Below, piece by piece: positions 43,146 through 52,158 of a stretch of 64,000 nucleotides of DNA. The notes beneath the pieces are model-generated. The model was not told the origin of the DNA. It worked only from the letters and a program-made list of their open reading frames with translations, and searched no databases. The first letter of the stretch is position 1, and every line of letters starts with the position of its first letter. This DNA comes from Oligoflexia bacterium (lineage in GTDB: Bacteria; Bdellovibrionota; UBA1018), in assembly GCA_963758495.1 (NCBI GenBank), contig CAVWVI010000004.1, positions 800,001-864,000 of the forward strand, given 5' to 3'. The position numbers were made by a program, and so were the translations under genes.

Positions 43146-43938
43146 CCTGAGTCATCTCATCTTCACTTTGAATGGATTTGCCACGGAATACAAACATACC
43201 AATCAAACTTGCCTAGATGAGCATGCTCTCTACCAAAGAGCAAAAATGCTCTTTTCCAGTGGCCAATATCTCATGAGTGCTCTTCATTTCTCGCAACTCA
43301 GCACAACCACTTGCGATCCTCTACTTGCACACCAATCGCTCTTCTCTTATGCACTCGCAATGAGTGAACTCGGAGAATTTACAGAAATGATGTCCACCCT
43401 CTCTCAAATCCAGAAGCTAGACGATCCTACTCTTCTTCATAAAAGCCATCTTCTTCAGAGCTATCATCATCCCGAACTACAAAACTCACTTAATTCTCAT
43501 GAAGCCATTCAATTAACACTTTGGAATCAAAGGAAATCGCAAAATTTTTCAACGTTAACAGAACTCAAAACGATGACCCCAAATAAGCAAAGTCATCTTA
43601 TTTCTCTTCAAGAGTTGATTTTAAAATCCCCTGAAAAAACTCCATGGATCGCTGGAGTTGCCAGTACCCTTCTTCCAGGCTCCGGACAAGCCTACGTGGG
43701 TAATTATCAATCTGCAGCAGTCGCTCTGATCTTAAATTCTATCTTTCTAGCAACCACGGTAGAACTGACAAAACATCAGCTCCCTTTTTCCGCAATAGCA
43801 TCGGGGCTAGTATTTTCAGTAACCTATTTGGGAAATATAATTAATGCCGTTGATGGCGCTCAAAAGTATAATGAGACTTCACGAAGAACTCCGGAAAATG
43901 AATTCCGAAGAAGTTTATTTCCTGAGTTTACTCCTTAG
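43111..43938 (+). CDS. Exported TPR-like + TM2-like membrane protein
   Basis: Signal peptide, LYQRAKMLF..GQY..A helix and KTPWIAGVASTLLPGSGQAYVG. Confidence 0.7.
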   Translation: MKTFQIAVIYFSLSHLIFTLNGFATEYKHTNQTCLDEHALYQRAKMLFSSGQYLMSALHFSQLSTTTCDPLLAHQSLFSYALAMSELGEFTEMMSTLSQIQKLDDPTLLHKSHLLQSYHHPELQNSLNSHEAIQLTLWNQRKSQNFSTLTELKTMTPNKQSHLISLQELILKSPEKTPWIAGVASTLLPGSGQAYVGNYQSAAVALILNSIFLATTVELTKHQLPFSAIASGLVFSVTYLGNIINAVDGAQKYNETSRRTPENEFRRSLFPEFTP

Positions 43939-45084
43939 GACATCATCATCGGTCTGATCCTGCGATCTTTTCCTTTTGGGACGAGGTGCAGATGATTCTT
44001 TACGAAGAATTTTAATTTCATTATTCGCGATTTCAAAAACTCGTGGCTGAACAGGAGCCAAAACAGGAAAGAACCCTTGGGAAAGACCAATATCAATCCT
44101 CCAAACCAGCCCATCACAGACGCTATTCATTCCTTCAAGCTGAGGCGTATGCCCTACGACCATTCGTTTGACCGCAAGGGTAGCTAGGACCTCTTTGAGT
44201 TCTTTACAAACTTCATCGCTAGGTGTTCCATCGGAGTAGAGCCTACTCCAAGAGGGGTGAGTGTCAGCCAATTCTTGAAACAAAGAGGGGATTCCACTCG
44301 AACTGGATTTACCCAACATCCAATCCCGCATTTCCTCATGTAATTTGACTAACCCATATTTAACGCTTTGGGGGGTGATGCCTCCATGAACAAAAACTGT
44401 ATCATTCACAATTGTAAAAAAAGGCCGAGTCGCTAACAACTTTGCATAGGGACCGCCTGGCATGAATGCAACGACACGCTCAGAAACTCCAAGACCACGT
44501 GGTTTCATCACCGTTTTTGATCCATACCGCCCATCTTCATTGAGCGTCGGCTTTGGGAGCAATTGACTCTGGATTGGCACATTTATGTCTAAAAATTTTC
44601 TGAATGACTCGGGTGTGACAAATCTAAAATCCAAAAATACGTTCATAAATTCGTGATTTCCATTGAGCGGAATGACTTTCCCACCTGCCGCCTCTGCCTG
44701 AGTTTGAAGGTCAGAAAACAAATCCAAGATTTTACGATCATCATGCCATCGGTCAATCTGATCTCCAGTTTGTACCAGAACGAGCGTTCCCCCAATCCAG
44801 TGGTTATGGTTGTCAATCGCTCCTGCTAATCGCAGTACACGTTGCGTCGCTTCAAAATCCCCGTGAAGATCCCCTATGGCTACAACTCGACCATCGGTCT
44901 GATAGCGAAACTCCCGATAAGGATCAGGGTTTTCGTTCGCGAGAGACCGATCCTTGCCTGATTTTTGAAATGACCTTGACAATGAGCCTTGCGTGTTTTG
45001 CGGATGGAGCTGACTGGACTGACAGCTTGTAAATATCAAAAGACTAGTCCAGAGTGAAAATAACTTCTGTTTTGTGAGTGCCAT
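43915..45084 (-). CDS. Shewanella-like (Shelph) metallophosphoesterase lipoprotein
   Basis: GDLHG, GDQIDR, GNHE, VHGG, VVGHTPQ and IDIGLS; lipobox FTSC. Confidence 0.9.
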   Translation of the reverse strand: MALTKQKLFSLWTSLLIFTSCQSSQLHPQNTQGSLSRSFQKSGKDRSLANENPDPYREFRYQTDGRVVAIGDLHGDFEATQRVLRLAGAIDNHNHWIGGTLVLVQTGDQIDRWHDDRKILDLFSDLQTQAEAAGGKVIPLNGNHEFMNVFLDFRFVTPESFRKFLDINVPIQSQLLPKPTLNEDGRYGSKTVMKPRGLGVSERVVAFMPGGPYAKLLATRPFFTIVNDTVFVHGGITPQSVKYGLVKLHEEMRDWMLGKSSSSGIPSLFQELADTHPSWSRLYSDGTPSDEVCKELKEVLATLAVKRMVVGHTPQLEGMNSVCDGLVWRIDIGLSQGFFPVLAPVQPRVFEIANNEIKILRKESSAPRPKRKRSQDQTDDDVLRSKLRK

Positions 45085-45139
45085 AGTATAAATATATCTA
45101 TAGTATTAAATGGATAGCAAGTATTGAGATTTTAAATAC

Positions 45140-46507
45140 TTAATAAATTTCACTAAAATATCGACTACTCGGTTTTGAATTCTCTTTTTTTTGATGATCA
45201 GAAATTATTTTCTGATATAATTTTGCAGACCGAGTCATAGTTCGTTCGAAGGTTTCGTAATTCACTTGATAAAGTCCAAAACAAGGTCCAAAACCTTTGA
45301 TCCATTCAAAATTATCCAGCAGTGACCAATGATAATAACCTCTAATATCCATGCCATCCTCAATTGCTTGTGCTATTTCACGCAAATGAGAAATTAAGTA
45401 ACTTTGTCTCAGATCATCTTTTCGATCGGCGATCCCATTTTCAGTGACATAGATAGGCAATTGATAAGCACTAGTAAATTTTAACAACTTTCTTAAACCG
45501 GCCGGATGTAATGACCAACCTACATCCGATGCGACTTCTTTTTTTCTGGAAAAAGCCAACCCAAGAGGTACCTCAGAAGGCTGTTCATGCGCTGAATCTC
45601 GGGGACACCATTGAACATAGGCTTTTGTATAGTAATTGATTCCCATATAATCTACCGTTTTTCTACCGTGAGCTTCTTCCACCTGCTTTGCATAGGGCAC
45701 CAGTCCCAAGATTCCAAAGTGCTGTTTTCGACCTGTAATGGCATCCAACCAAGAACGATTATAAAATCTCCAAAAAATAGATGCAAAAAGCTGCTCTAAT
45801 GGATGCCAAGAACGATCCGGTAAAAAATCAAACATATTGTGAGCAATACCGACTTGAATTGGGTGATCTTTCCAAGGGCCCTTTCGATTCTCGATATCTG
45901 CATGTAAACAATCATAAGCCAAAACATGAGCTTTTAATAAGTGATGACAGGCAAGGGAGGCCAACTGCGGCGAAAACTGTGCAGGTGGCATGAATTTTCC
46001 CAAATAGGTCCCCGCCACCAGGACCATGGGCTCATTGAAGGTACACCAGAGAGGTATCCTCGGCCCCAAAGTACTTGTCACATGTTTCGTAAATTTTAAA
46101 AATTTCTGAGGTGAATCTGATTCAGTAAAACCGCCCCGCTGCGCAAACCAAAGTGGCGAAGTAAAGTGATGAAGAGTCAATAAAGGAAGAAGACGGTGTC
46201 GCTCACACTCTGAAATCATTTCGTGGTATCGATCCAATGCCAATGAATCAAAATGCCCTTCCTCAGGCTCAATCCTCGACCACTCAATAGAGAAGCGATA
46301 ACTATTAAGACCTAAATCAGCTGCCAATTGAATATCTTGTTTAAATCGATTCCAATGATCTGTAGCCGCACCCGACCTTACTCCTCCTTCAATATGGCCG
46401 CTAGCCTCCCATGCCCACCAATCGTTTTTATCATTATGACCTTCAATCTGATGAGCGCTCGTAGCAGCACCCCAAAGAAAGGGAGCACTTGATTTAAGTT
46501 TTGACAT
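45140..46507 (-). CDS. Glycoside hydrolase family 1 (beta-glucosidase)
   Basis: FLWGAATSAHQIEG, TFNEP, VTENG and WSLLDNFEW. Confidence 0.96.
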   Translation of the reverse strand: MSKLKSSAPFLWGAATSAHQIEGHNDKNDWWAWEASGHIEGGVRSGAATDHWNRFKQDIQLAADLGLNSYRFSIEWSRIEPEEGHFDSLALDRYHEMISECERHRLLPLLTLHHFTSPLWFAQRGGFTESDSPQKFLKFTKHVTSTLGPRIPLWCTFNEPMVLVAGTYLGKFMPPAQFSPQLASLACHHLLKAHVLAYDCLHADIENRKGPWKDHPIQVGIAHNMFDFLPDRSWHPLEQLFASIFWRFYNRSWLDAITGRKQHFGILGLVPYAKQVEEAHGRKTVDYMGINYYTKAYVQWCPRDSAHEQPSEVPLGLAFSRKKEVASDVGWSLHPAGLRKLLKFTSAYQLPIYVTENGIADRKDDLRQSYLISHLREIAQAIEDGMDIRGYYHWSLLDNFEWIKGFGPCFGLYQVNYETFERTMTRSAKLYQKIISDHQKKENSKPSSRYFSEIY

Positions 46508-46519
46508 GAATGAACTCCG

Positions 46520-47680
46520 CTATTTAAATGATGTTTTTAAAGTCCCACCTGGTTCGAGGATAAATTGCTTTCCTCGCCATTGCACGGTGTTTCCAAAGGC
46601 AATACAGATCCATAACGGAAGCGCCAGCAGTTCTCTTAAAAACCAAGCAATCGGCACTTGAAAGGTAAGTTTTGACCTTAATTTTTTAAGAATCAAAAGG
46701 TCACAGAATGACCACAGGCTCAAATGCAAAATCATAAATAAAGAAGGAGAAATTCCAAATAAATTCTTTGCACCTAATACACCCAATAATCCAGAAACCA
46801 TGCACCCAAACCAAGGTTCTATTGCAAATACAAGCGGGGCTTGAGACTTACGAATGCGGCCCCATCGGAGATGACGCGACCAAAATTCGTAAAATGAATA
46901 CCGCCCAATGAATTGGGGAATAGGATCAACGGAAGTCACGACTCGTAAACCTAATCGTCGAATAGCTTCTCCTGCCATATAGTCTTCAGCAAGATAGCGA
47001 GAAAGGACATCAATTCCTCCAAATCGATTCGCCACCGAACGACGAAATAGCATGGATTTACCCACCACACATGGATGATCCAATCGATCTGCCATGATCA
47101 TGCCCCGTGCATAAAAAGTATTTAAAACTATGGCTTCCAAATAGCCACCCATTCCCTGAGCATGGTGCCCGGCTACTACTGAAGTGATCAATCCTACTTC
47201 TGGCTTAATTTGTGATACTAATCGTTTCAAATAAAGAGGATCCACTCTTACATTACTATCGCTGATCAGAAGCCAATCGTTTGCTGCCGTCTTATAACTC
47301 ATGACCAAATTATTCACTTTTGGATTAGGACCGATATCAACTTTACCTAAAATAAGCCGAGCTTGAGTCTGAGGGTATTTTACTATCAGTGACTCCACTA
47401 ACTGACAAACTGGATCGCTCTGACCATTTACTGAAAAAATCAATTCGTAATCCGGATATTCTAATTTAAAAAAACTTTCTAGATTTTCCTCAATACCTTT
47501 GTCCATTCCCTTCAAAGGCTTCAGGATGGATACTGGATATGGCACAAAAGGAAAACTCAATGTCGATGACGGTTCACTAAAGTGCTGGACGGTCAAAAAA
47601 GTGCCGTACAGCATGAGACTCAGTGCTACGAACCACCCTAGGAAGCAAGTGACGAATACCCAGCTCATTTCTAGACTCAT
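46520..47680 (-). CDS. Ceramide glucosyltransferase-like (GT21/HpnI family)
   Basis: VSILKPLKG.D, GPNPKVNNL, ISDSNV, CVVGKSML, YLAEDY, RHLRW and WRG. Confidence 0.9.
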   Translation of the reverse strand: MSLEMSWVFVTCFLGWFVALSLMLYGTFLTVQHFSEPSSTLSFPFVPYPVSILKPLKGMDKGIEENLESFFKLEYPDYELIFSVNGQSDPVCQLVESLIVKYPQTQARLILGKVDIGPNPKVNNLVMSYKTAANDWLLISDSNVRVDPLYLKRLVSQIKPEVGLITSVVAGHHAQGMGGYLEAIVLNTFYARGMIMADRLDHPCVVGKSMLFRRSVANRFGGIDVLSRYLAEDYMAGEAIRRLGLRVVTSVDPIPQFIGRYSFYEFWSRHLRWGRIRKSQAPLVFAIEPWFGCMVSGLLGVLGAKNLFGISPSLFMILHLSLWSFCDLLILKKLRSKLTFQVPIAWFLRELLALPLWICIAFGNTVQWRGKQFILEPGGTLKTSFK

Positions 47681-48378
47681 TAGAATCCCCCTCTTCTTGG
47701 TAAAAGTGAAAATCTAATTCTTGTTTTCGAATGGCCTCCAGAATGGCCTCACGATGGAGCTCACAATAAAAAACAGTCTTCCAGGAATAAATCTGCTTGG
47801 GACTATGAAGATCACTCGTTGCAAGCTTGGGAAGGGAGGAGTGCAGAACTTCATCAAAAAGGTGGGGGCCACTTGCAACTTCCCAGGCGTCAAATTCTTG
47901 AGCCAGCTCATCTCGACGATCCCAGAGATGATACGTTTGTTTTTCTACTTTTCGTGTAGAAACCGGGTGAGCCGCAACCGCTAAACCACCTTGAGATCGA
48001 ATACGACGAGCAAGATCGAACCACGTCTCCATCAGCAGTAAAAAAATCTGAAATTCCTAATCCTAAAATATGGGCTGAACGATGGTTCAAAATCGAATTC
48101 TTCGAAAGCTCAAAACCAGGAATGACAACCATATGATATTGATCCCAGGCTCGTTCTGCTTCTGATTTTAGGATTTCCATATAGAGTGGAAAGGTAGCTG
48201 TCGTGAGTGTATGTCCAATATATCTCGCAGCTTTTCCAATCAGAGTTTTTTCTTCGCAAACGTGGTCCGTAATTGCAATAGCACCAAAGCCCCTCACCCC
48301 GTACAAATCAACTAATTCTGGAATAGAAAGTTTTCCGTCACTAAAATTCGAATGAATATGCAAATCAGCCAAAATCAT
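47577..48378 (-). pseudogene. PHP-domain phosphoesterase split by a 1-nt frameshift near 48021
   Basis: The 5' frame has DLHIHS..SDG, AITDH and GFE..H; the 3' frame has GGLAVAAHP, DAWEV and SDLH. Removing one base gives ..ADGDVFDLARRI.. Confidence 0.85.
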
Positions 48379-48412
48379 ATTCAAATGATCTCGTAAATCA
48401 CTGCCAGGGTGG

Positions 48413-48441
48413 GTTAAGAATAGGTTAGGATTCTATTAGTA
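48413..48441 (-). promoter_or_regulatory. Three direct repeats at 11-bp spacing (candidate PhoB/OmpR-type box)
   Basis: Minus strand TACTAAT-N4-TCCTAAC-N4-TCTTAAC, upstream of the PHP start. Confidence 0.45.
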
Positions 48442-48457
48442 CTCAATGGGGTGGTAA

Positions 48458-49534
48458 TTAATTTGGAAAGTGACAAATAAAACTCGCACCTTTTCCAGGA
48501 GCACTCTCAACCCAAACGGATCCTTGGTGACGTTGCATAATATGCTTTACAATCGCCAAACCCAGACCTGTACCTCCGACTTCTCGTGAACGTGCCTTGT
48601 CTACTCGATAAAATCGCTCAAATAAACGGGTCTGATGCACTAAAGGGATACCTGGGCCACTATCAACCACTTTAAGTAAAGTTCCTTGATCATCCTCAGA
48701 CTCCCAAGTAACTGAAATCTTTCCCCCCATGGAAGTATATTTATTCGCATTATCGAGTAAATTCACCAAGACTTGCTCTAACCTTCGCGCATCTGCCAAA
48801 ACAGTCTTTGAAATCGAAGTGACTAAGACTTCTTGTTTCTTAGCATCGAGAACTCCCTGCATTTGCTTAAGAATTCGTTCAGTCACATCTTCTGTACTTA
48901 ATTCTATTTTATGAATGACGTCTGTTGATTCTAATGAGGAAAGATCCAGCAAATCACTGATTAAAACCATCAATCGATCTGCATTTCGAGAGATCACTTC
49001 AAAAAACTCCCGCTCTGGGCTTTTTCCTTGTTCAAAATCCTGAATCAAAGTGTCGGTATACCCTTTAATCGCTGTAAGAGGAGTTCTCAATTCATGTGAA
49101 ACATTGGCCACAAAATCAATTCGGATTTGTTCTGCACGTTTGAGATCAGTGACATCATGAAAAATCGCAACTGCTCCGTAAACTTTTCCATTTGCTTTTC
49201 TCAGAGGGGTAACGTTTACCGAAAAAAATTGCCGCCCGGTAGGGAGATCAAATGGAATCGCTCGTATGGAATCCGTCTTGCCTTTTTTTAATGCTGTTTG
49301 AAAGGCTTTTAAGATTTCCTGGTCTATAAACATTTTCCAGAGTCGCCTATTCTTTACATTTTTTTTTCCGAGTAATAGCGCAAAAGGGCTATTATAAAAA
49401 AGAGGAGAGCCCTCCAGGTCTACGCCTAAAATGGGATCAGAGACCACTTCCAATAAAGTCTCCTGCTGTACCCGCTCAATCCATGAGTTTTTCGCTTTTT
49501 TTGTTAAATTTTTAATGAGGGTGCGGATGTTCAT
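48458..49534 (-). CDS. phoR: PhoR-like sensor kinase (PAS-HisKA-HATPase, no TM)
   Basis: DFVANVSHELRTPLT and RLFERFYRVDKARSREVGGTGLGLAIVKH. Confidence 0.85.
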   Translation of the reverse strand: MNIRTLIKNLTKKAKNSWIERVQQETLLEVVSDPILGVDLEGSPLFYNSPFALLLGKKNVKNRRLWKMFIDQEILKAFQTALKKGKTDSIRAIPFDLPTGRQFFSVNVTPLRKANGKVYGAVAIFHDVTDLKRAEQIRIDFVANVSHELRTPLTAIKGYTDTLIQDFEQGKSPEREFFEVISRNADRLMVLISDLLDLSSLESTDVIHKIELSTEDVTERILKQMQGVLDAKKQEVLVTSISKTVLADARRLEQVLVNLLDNANKYTSMGGKISVTWESEDDQGTLLKVVDSGPGIPLVHQTRLFERFYRVDKARSREVGGTGLGLAIVKHIMQRHQGSVWVESAPGKGASFICHFPN

Positions 49535-49545
49535 TGATTTTCCAA

Positions 49546-50220
49546 TTAAATTTTAATTCGATAACCCACCCCACGAATGGTCTCTATAATATCGGCGCAA
49601 TCCCCGAGTTTTTTTCTCAAACCAAATACGTGGGTATCAATGGCTCGATCAATCACTGCAATTCCCTGCCCTTGCACTAACTCAATCAACCGATCACGAG
49701 ATAGAACATGTCCTCGATGACTCATCAAAGAAGCCAAAAGTTTAAATTCCGAAGCAGTCAGCTGGACTTCCTCTGAGTTACAGATGACCTGATAAGTGGA
49801 GAGATTCAAACTAAGATTTCCACATTGAAATTGCTCTCTGGTTTCTTCTTCCTTCTGTTGATTTCTACGAAGGAGTGCCCGAACGCGGGCCAGAAAAACT
49901 GGAATTTCAAAAGGCTTAGTGATGTAATCATCTGCCCCCATTTCTAGTCCCAGCACGACATCGGAAGTATCGGCTCGCGCTGTTACCATAAGAATAGGAA
50001 TCTTTCCGGCCATGAATTTACAAAGCTCTAGACCTGATAAGCCCGGCAACATCCAATCTAAAATCACGAGATCATAAGAGGAAGACTTGAAAAAATTTAA
50101 TGCTTCCTCCCCATTATCAGTACTGACAAATTCGTAACCTTCACGCTTAAGATGCAAAAGAATAAGGTCCCTTACATCTCTTTCATCTTCCACAAGCAAT
50201 ACTTTAACATGATGAGTCAT
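49546..50220 (-). CDS. phoB: PhoB-like response regulator
   Basis: ILDWMLPGLSG, GADDYITKPF and IETIRGVGY; adjacent to phoR and a PiT transporter. Confidence 0.82.
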   Translation of the reverse strand: MTHHVKVLLVEDERDVRDLILLHLKREGYEFVSTDNGEEALNFFKSSSYDLVILDWMLPGLSGLELCKFMAGKIPILMVTARADTSDVVLGLEMGADDYITKPFEIPVFLARVRALLRRNQQKEEETREQFQCGNLSLNLSTYQVICNSEEVQLTASEFKLLASLMSHRGHVLSRDRLIELVQGQGIAVIDRAIDTHVFGLRKKLGDCADIIETIRGVGYRIKI

Positions 50221-50430
50221 TTCAAGCCACCCACACATCCATTAAAAGATTATCTAAATGTTCATGACCAAAATCACTTACCGTTATAGAATGAGAGCTT
50301 ATATACCACTGCCTAATACTTTCAATCGATATCTCTAAATTTAACGGACTATCTAAATTATCATAGGCTAACGAGTGGCAATAGAGTTATACCGAAATGA
50401 TACTATTATCCACGAAGGGGGATCAATCTT

Positions 50431-51057
50431 ATGTTTGGACAGTTTTTACCACGAGAGGGTAAATTTTTTGATCTATTTGGAGAAAGTGCAGACTTGAGTG
50501 TCGAAGCGGCTGAAAAATTGCTACAAATGCTCAGTGATTTTCCTCACATTGAAAGCCGCGCTCGTGGAATTAAAGATATCGAACACAAAGCAGATGAAGT
50601 GACCCATCAAGCGATTGAACTCCTTCATAAAACCTTCATTACACCTCTTGATCGAGAAGACATTCATAAGTTGATTACAGAGATGGACAACATTGTCGAC
50701 TTCTTAGATGCCGCATCCCAGCGCATTTTTCTCTATGGCATCAATCAAACTACTCCTGAACTCAATGGATTAGCGAAAGTCTGTGTACAATCCGTAGGAT
50801 ACGTTAGAAAAGCTGTAAAAGGTCTCAGCAATCTCAAAAACCCTGCCGAGATTCGAAAAAACTGCGTTGAAATCAATCGCCTGGAAAACGAGGCGGATCA
50901 TATCCTTCGGTCAGCGGTAGCCAAACTTTTTCGAGAAGAAGCCGACATTCGTCTCCTGATTAAATTAAAGGAAATCTATGAGCTTCTGGAAGTTGTGACA
51001 GATCGCTGTGAAGATGTAGCAAACATTATCGAAGGAATTGTTTTAGACTACTCTTAA
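50431..51057 (+). CDS. DUF47 PhoU-like phosphate transport regulator
   Basis: EHKAD, TFITPLDREDI, LENEAD and DRCEDVAN. Confidence 0.95.
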   Translation: MFGQFLPREGKFFDLFGESADLSVEAAEKLLQMLSDFPHIESRARGIKDIEHKADEVTHQAIELLHKTFITPLDREDIHKLITEMDNIVDFLDAASQRIFLYGINQTTPELNGLAKVCVQSVGYVRKAVKGLSNLKNPAEIRKNCVEINRLENEADHILRSAVAKLFREEADIRLLIKLKEIYELLEVVTDRCEDVANIIEGIVLDYS

Positions 51058-51080
51058 GCTAGCTCAAAAGGATACAACTC

Positions 51081-52088
51081 ATGCAACCCGGTCTGACTTT
51101 GATCATTTTTATCGTGGCACTAGCCCTTATCTTTGACTTCATTAATGGTTTTCACGATGCGGCAAATTCTATTGCAACGATTGTTTCCACTCGAGTTCTC
51201 AAACCTCAATGGGCAGTTATTTGGGCAGCCTTTTTCAATTTTATCGCTTTCCTCTTCTTTGGACTCCACGTCGCTAATACCATTGGCCAAGGAATTATTG
51301 ATCCATCCATTGTAGACCCACTCGTTATTCTATCTGCACTCATGGGTGCAATCGTTTGGGATATCATTACCTGGTATTATGGAATTCCTTCCAGCTCTTC
51401 ACACGCTCTCATAGGGGGCCTCGGAGGGGCTGCGGTCGCAAAAGGAGGCGTCCATGTACTGAATACGAGCGGCTTTTTAAAAATAGGGATTTCCATTGTC
51501 CTCTCTCCTATTCTAGGATTCGTCCTCGCCGGCCTCCTGATGATTTTAGTGTCATTCCTTTTCTTTAGAGTGAATGCAAGTAAAGTAAGCCGCTGGAGCC
51601 GCCGTATGCAATTTGTATCGGCTTCACTCTATAGCTTGGGCCACGGCGGAAACGACGCCCAAAAAACCATGGGCATCATCGCCGTCTTACTTTTCTCCAC
51701 CCACATGTTAGGTCCAGAATTTTACATTCCTCTTTGGGTAGTCCTCGCTTGTCAAAGCGCAATGGGAATTGGAACTCTCTTTGGGGGTTGGAGAATTATA
51801 AGAACCATGGGACTCAGAATCACTCAATTGAAACCTGTCGGTGGGTTTTGTGCCGAAACGGCCGGAGCGGCCACACTCTTCCTTGCTACCGGCTTAGGAA
51901 TTCCAGTCTCTACTACCCATACGATTACTGGATCTATTATGGGTGTTGGAGCGGTAACCAATGCTAAAGCAGTTCGCTGGGGCATTGCAGAAAAGATCCT
52001 CTGGGCCTGGGTGATTACTATTCCTGCCGCAGCGTTTGTATCCGGACTGACTTGGTGGATCGCCCATCTCTGCTCGAAATTGAAATAA
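51081..52088 (+). CDS. pit: PiT-family inorganic phosphate transporter
   Basis: NGFHDAANSIAT, GIPSSSSHALIG, HGGNDAQK and PVSTTH. Confidence 0.96.
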   Translation: MQPGLTLIIFIVALALIFDFINGFHDAANSIATIVSTRVLKPQWAVIWAAFFNFIAFLFFGLHVANTIGQGIIDPSIVDPLVILSALMGAIVWDIITWYYGIPSSSSHALIGGLGGAAVAKGGVHVLNTSGFLKIGISIVLSPILGFVLAGLLMILVSFLFFRVNASKVSRWSRRMQFVSASLYSLGHGGNDAQKTMGIIAVLLFSTHMLGPEFYIPLWVVLACQSAMGIGTLFGGWRIIRTMGLRITQLKPVGGFCAETAGAATLFLATGLGIPVSTTHTITGSIMGVGAVTNAKAVRWGIAEKILWAWVITIPAAAFVSGLTWWIAHLCSKLK

Positions 52089-52158
52089 AAATCAGTTTCT
52101 TAATTAAAATATTTTATTTAATATTAAACCTGAAGTACTTTGGCAGTTTTTTAAATGT

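Noticed and set aside
42226..45140. Integrative island at tRNA-Lys
   Set aside because: No integrase, and no duplicated tRNA 3' end was noticed in the window.
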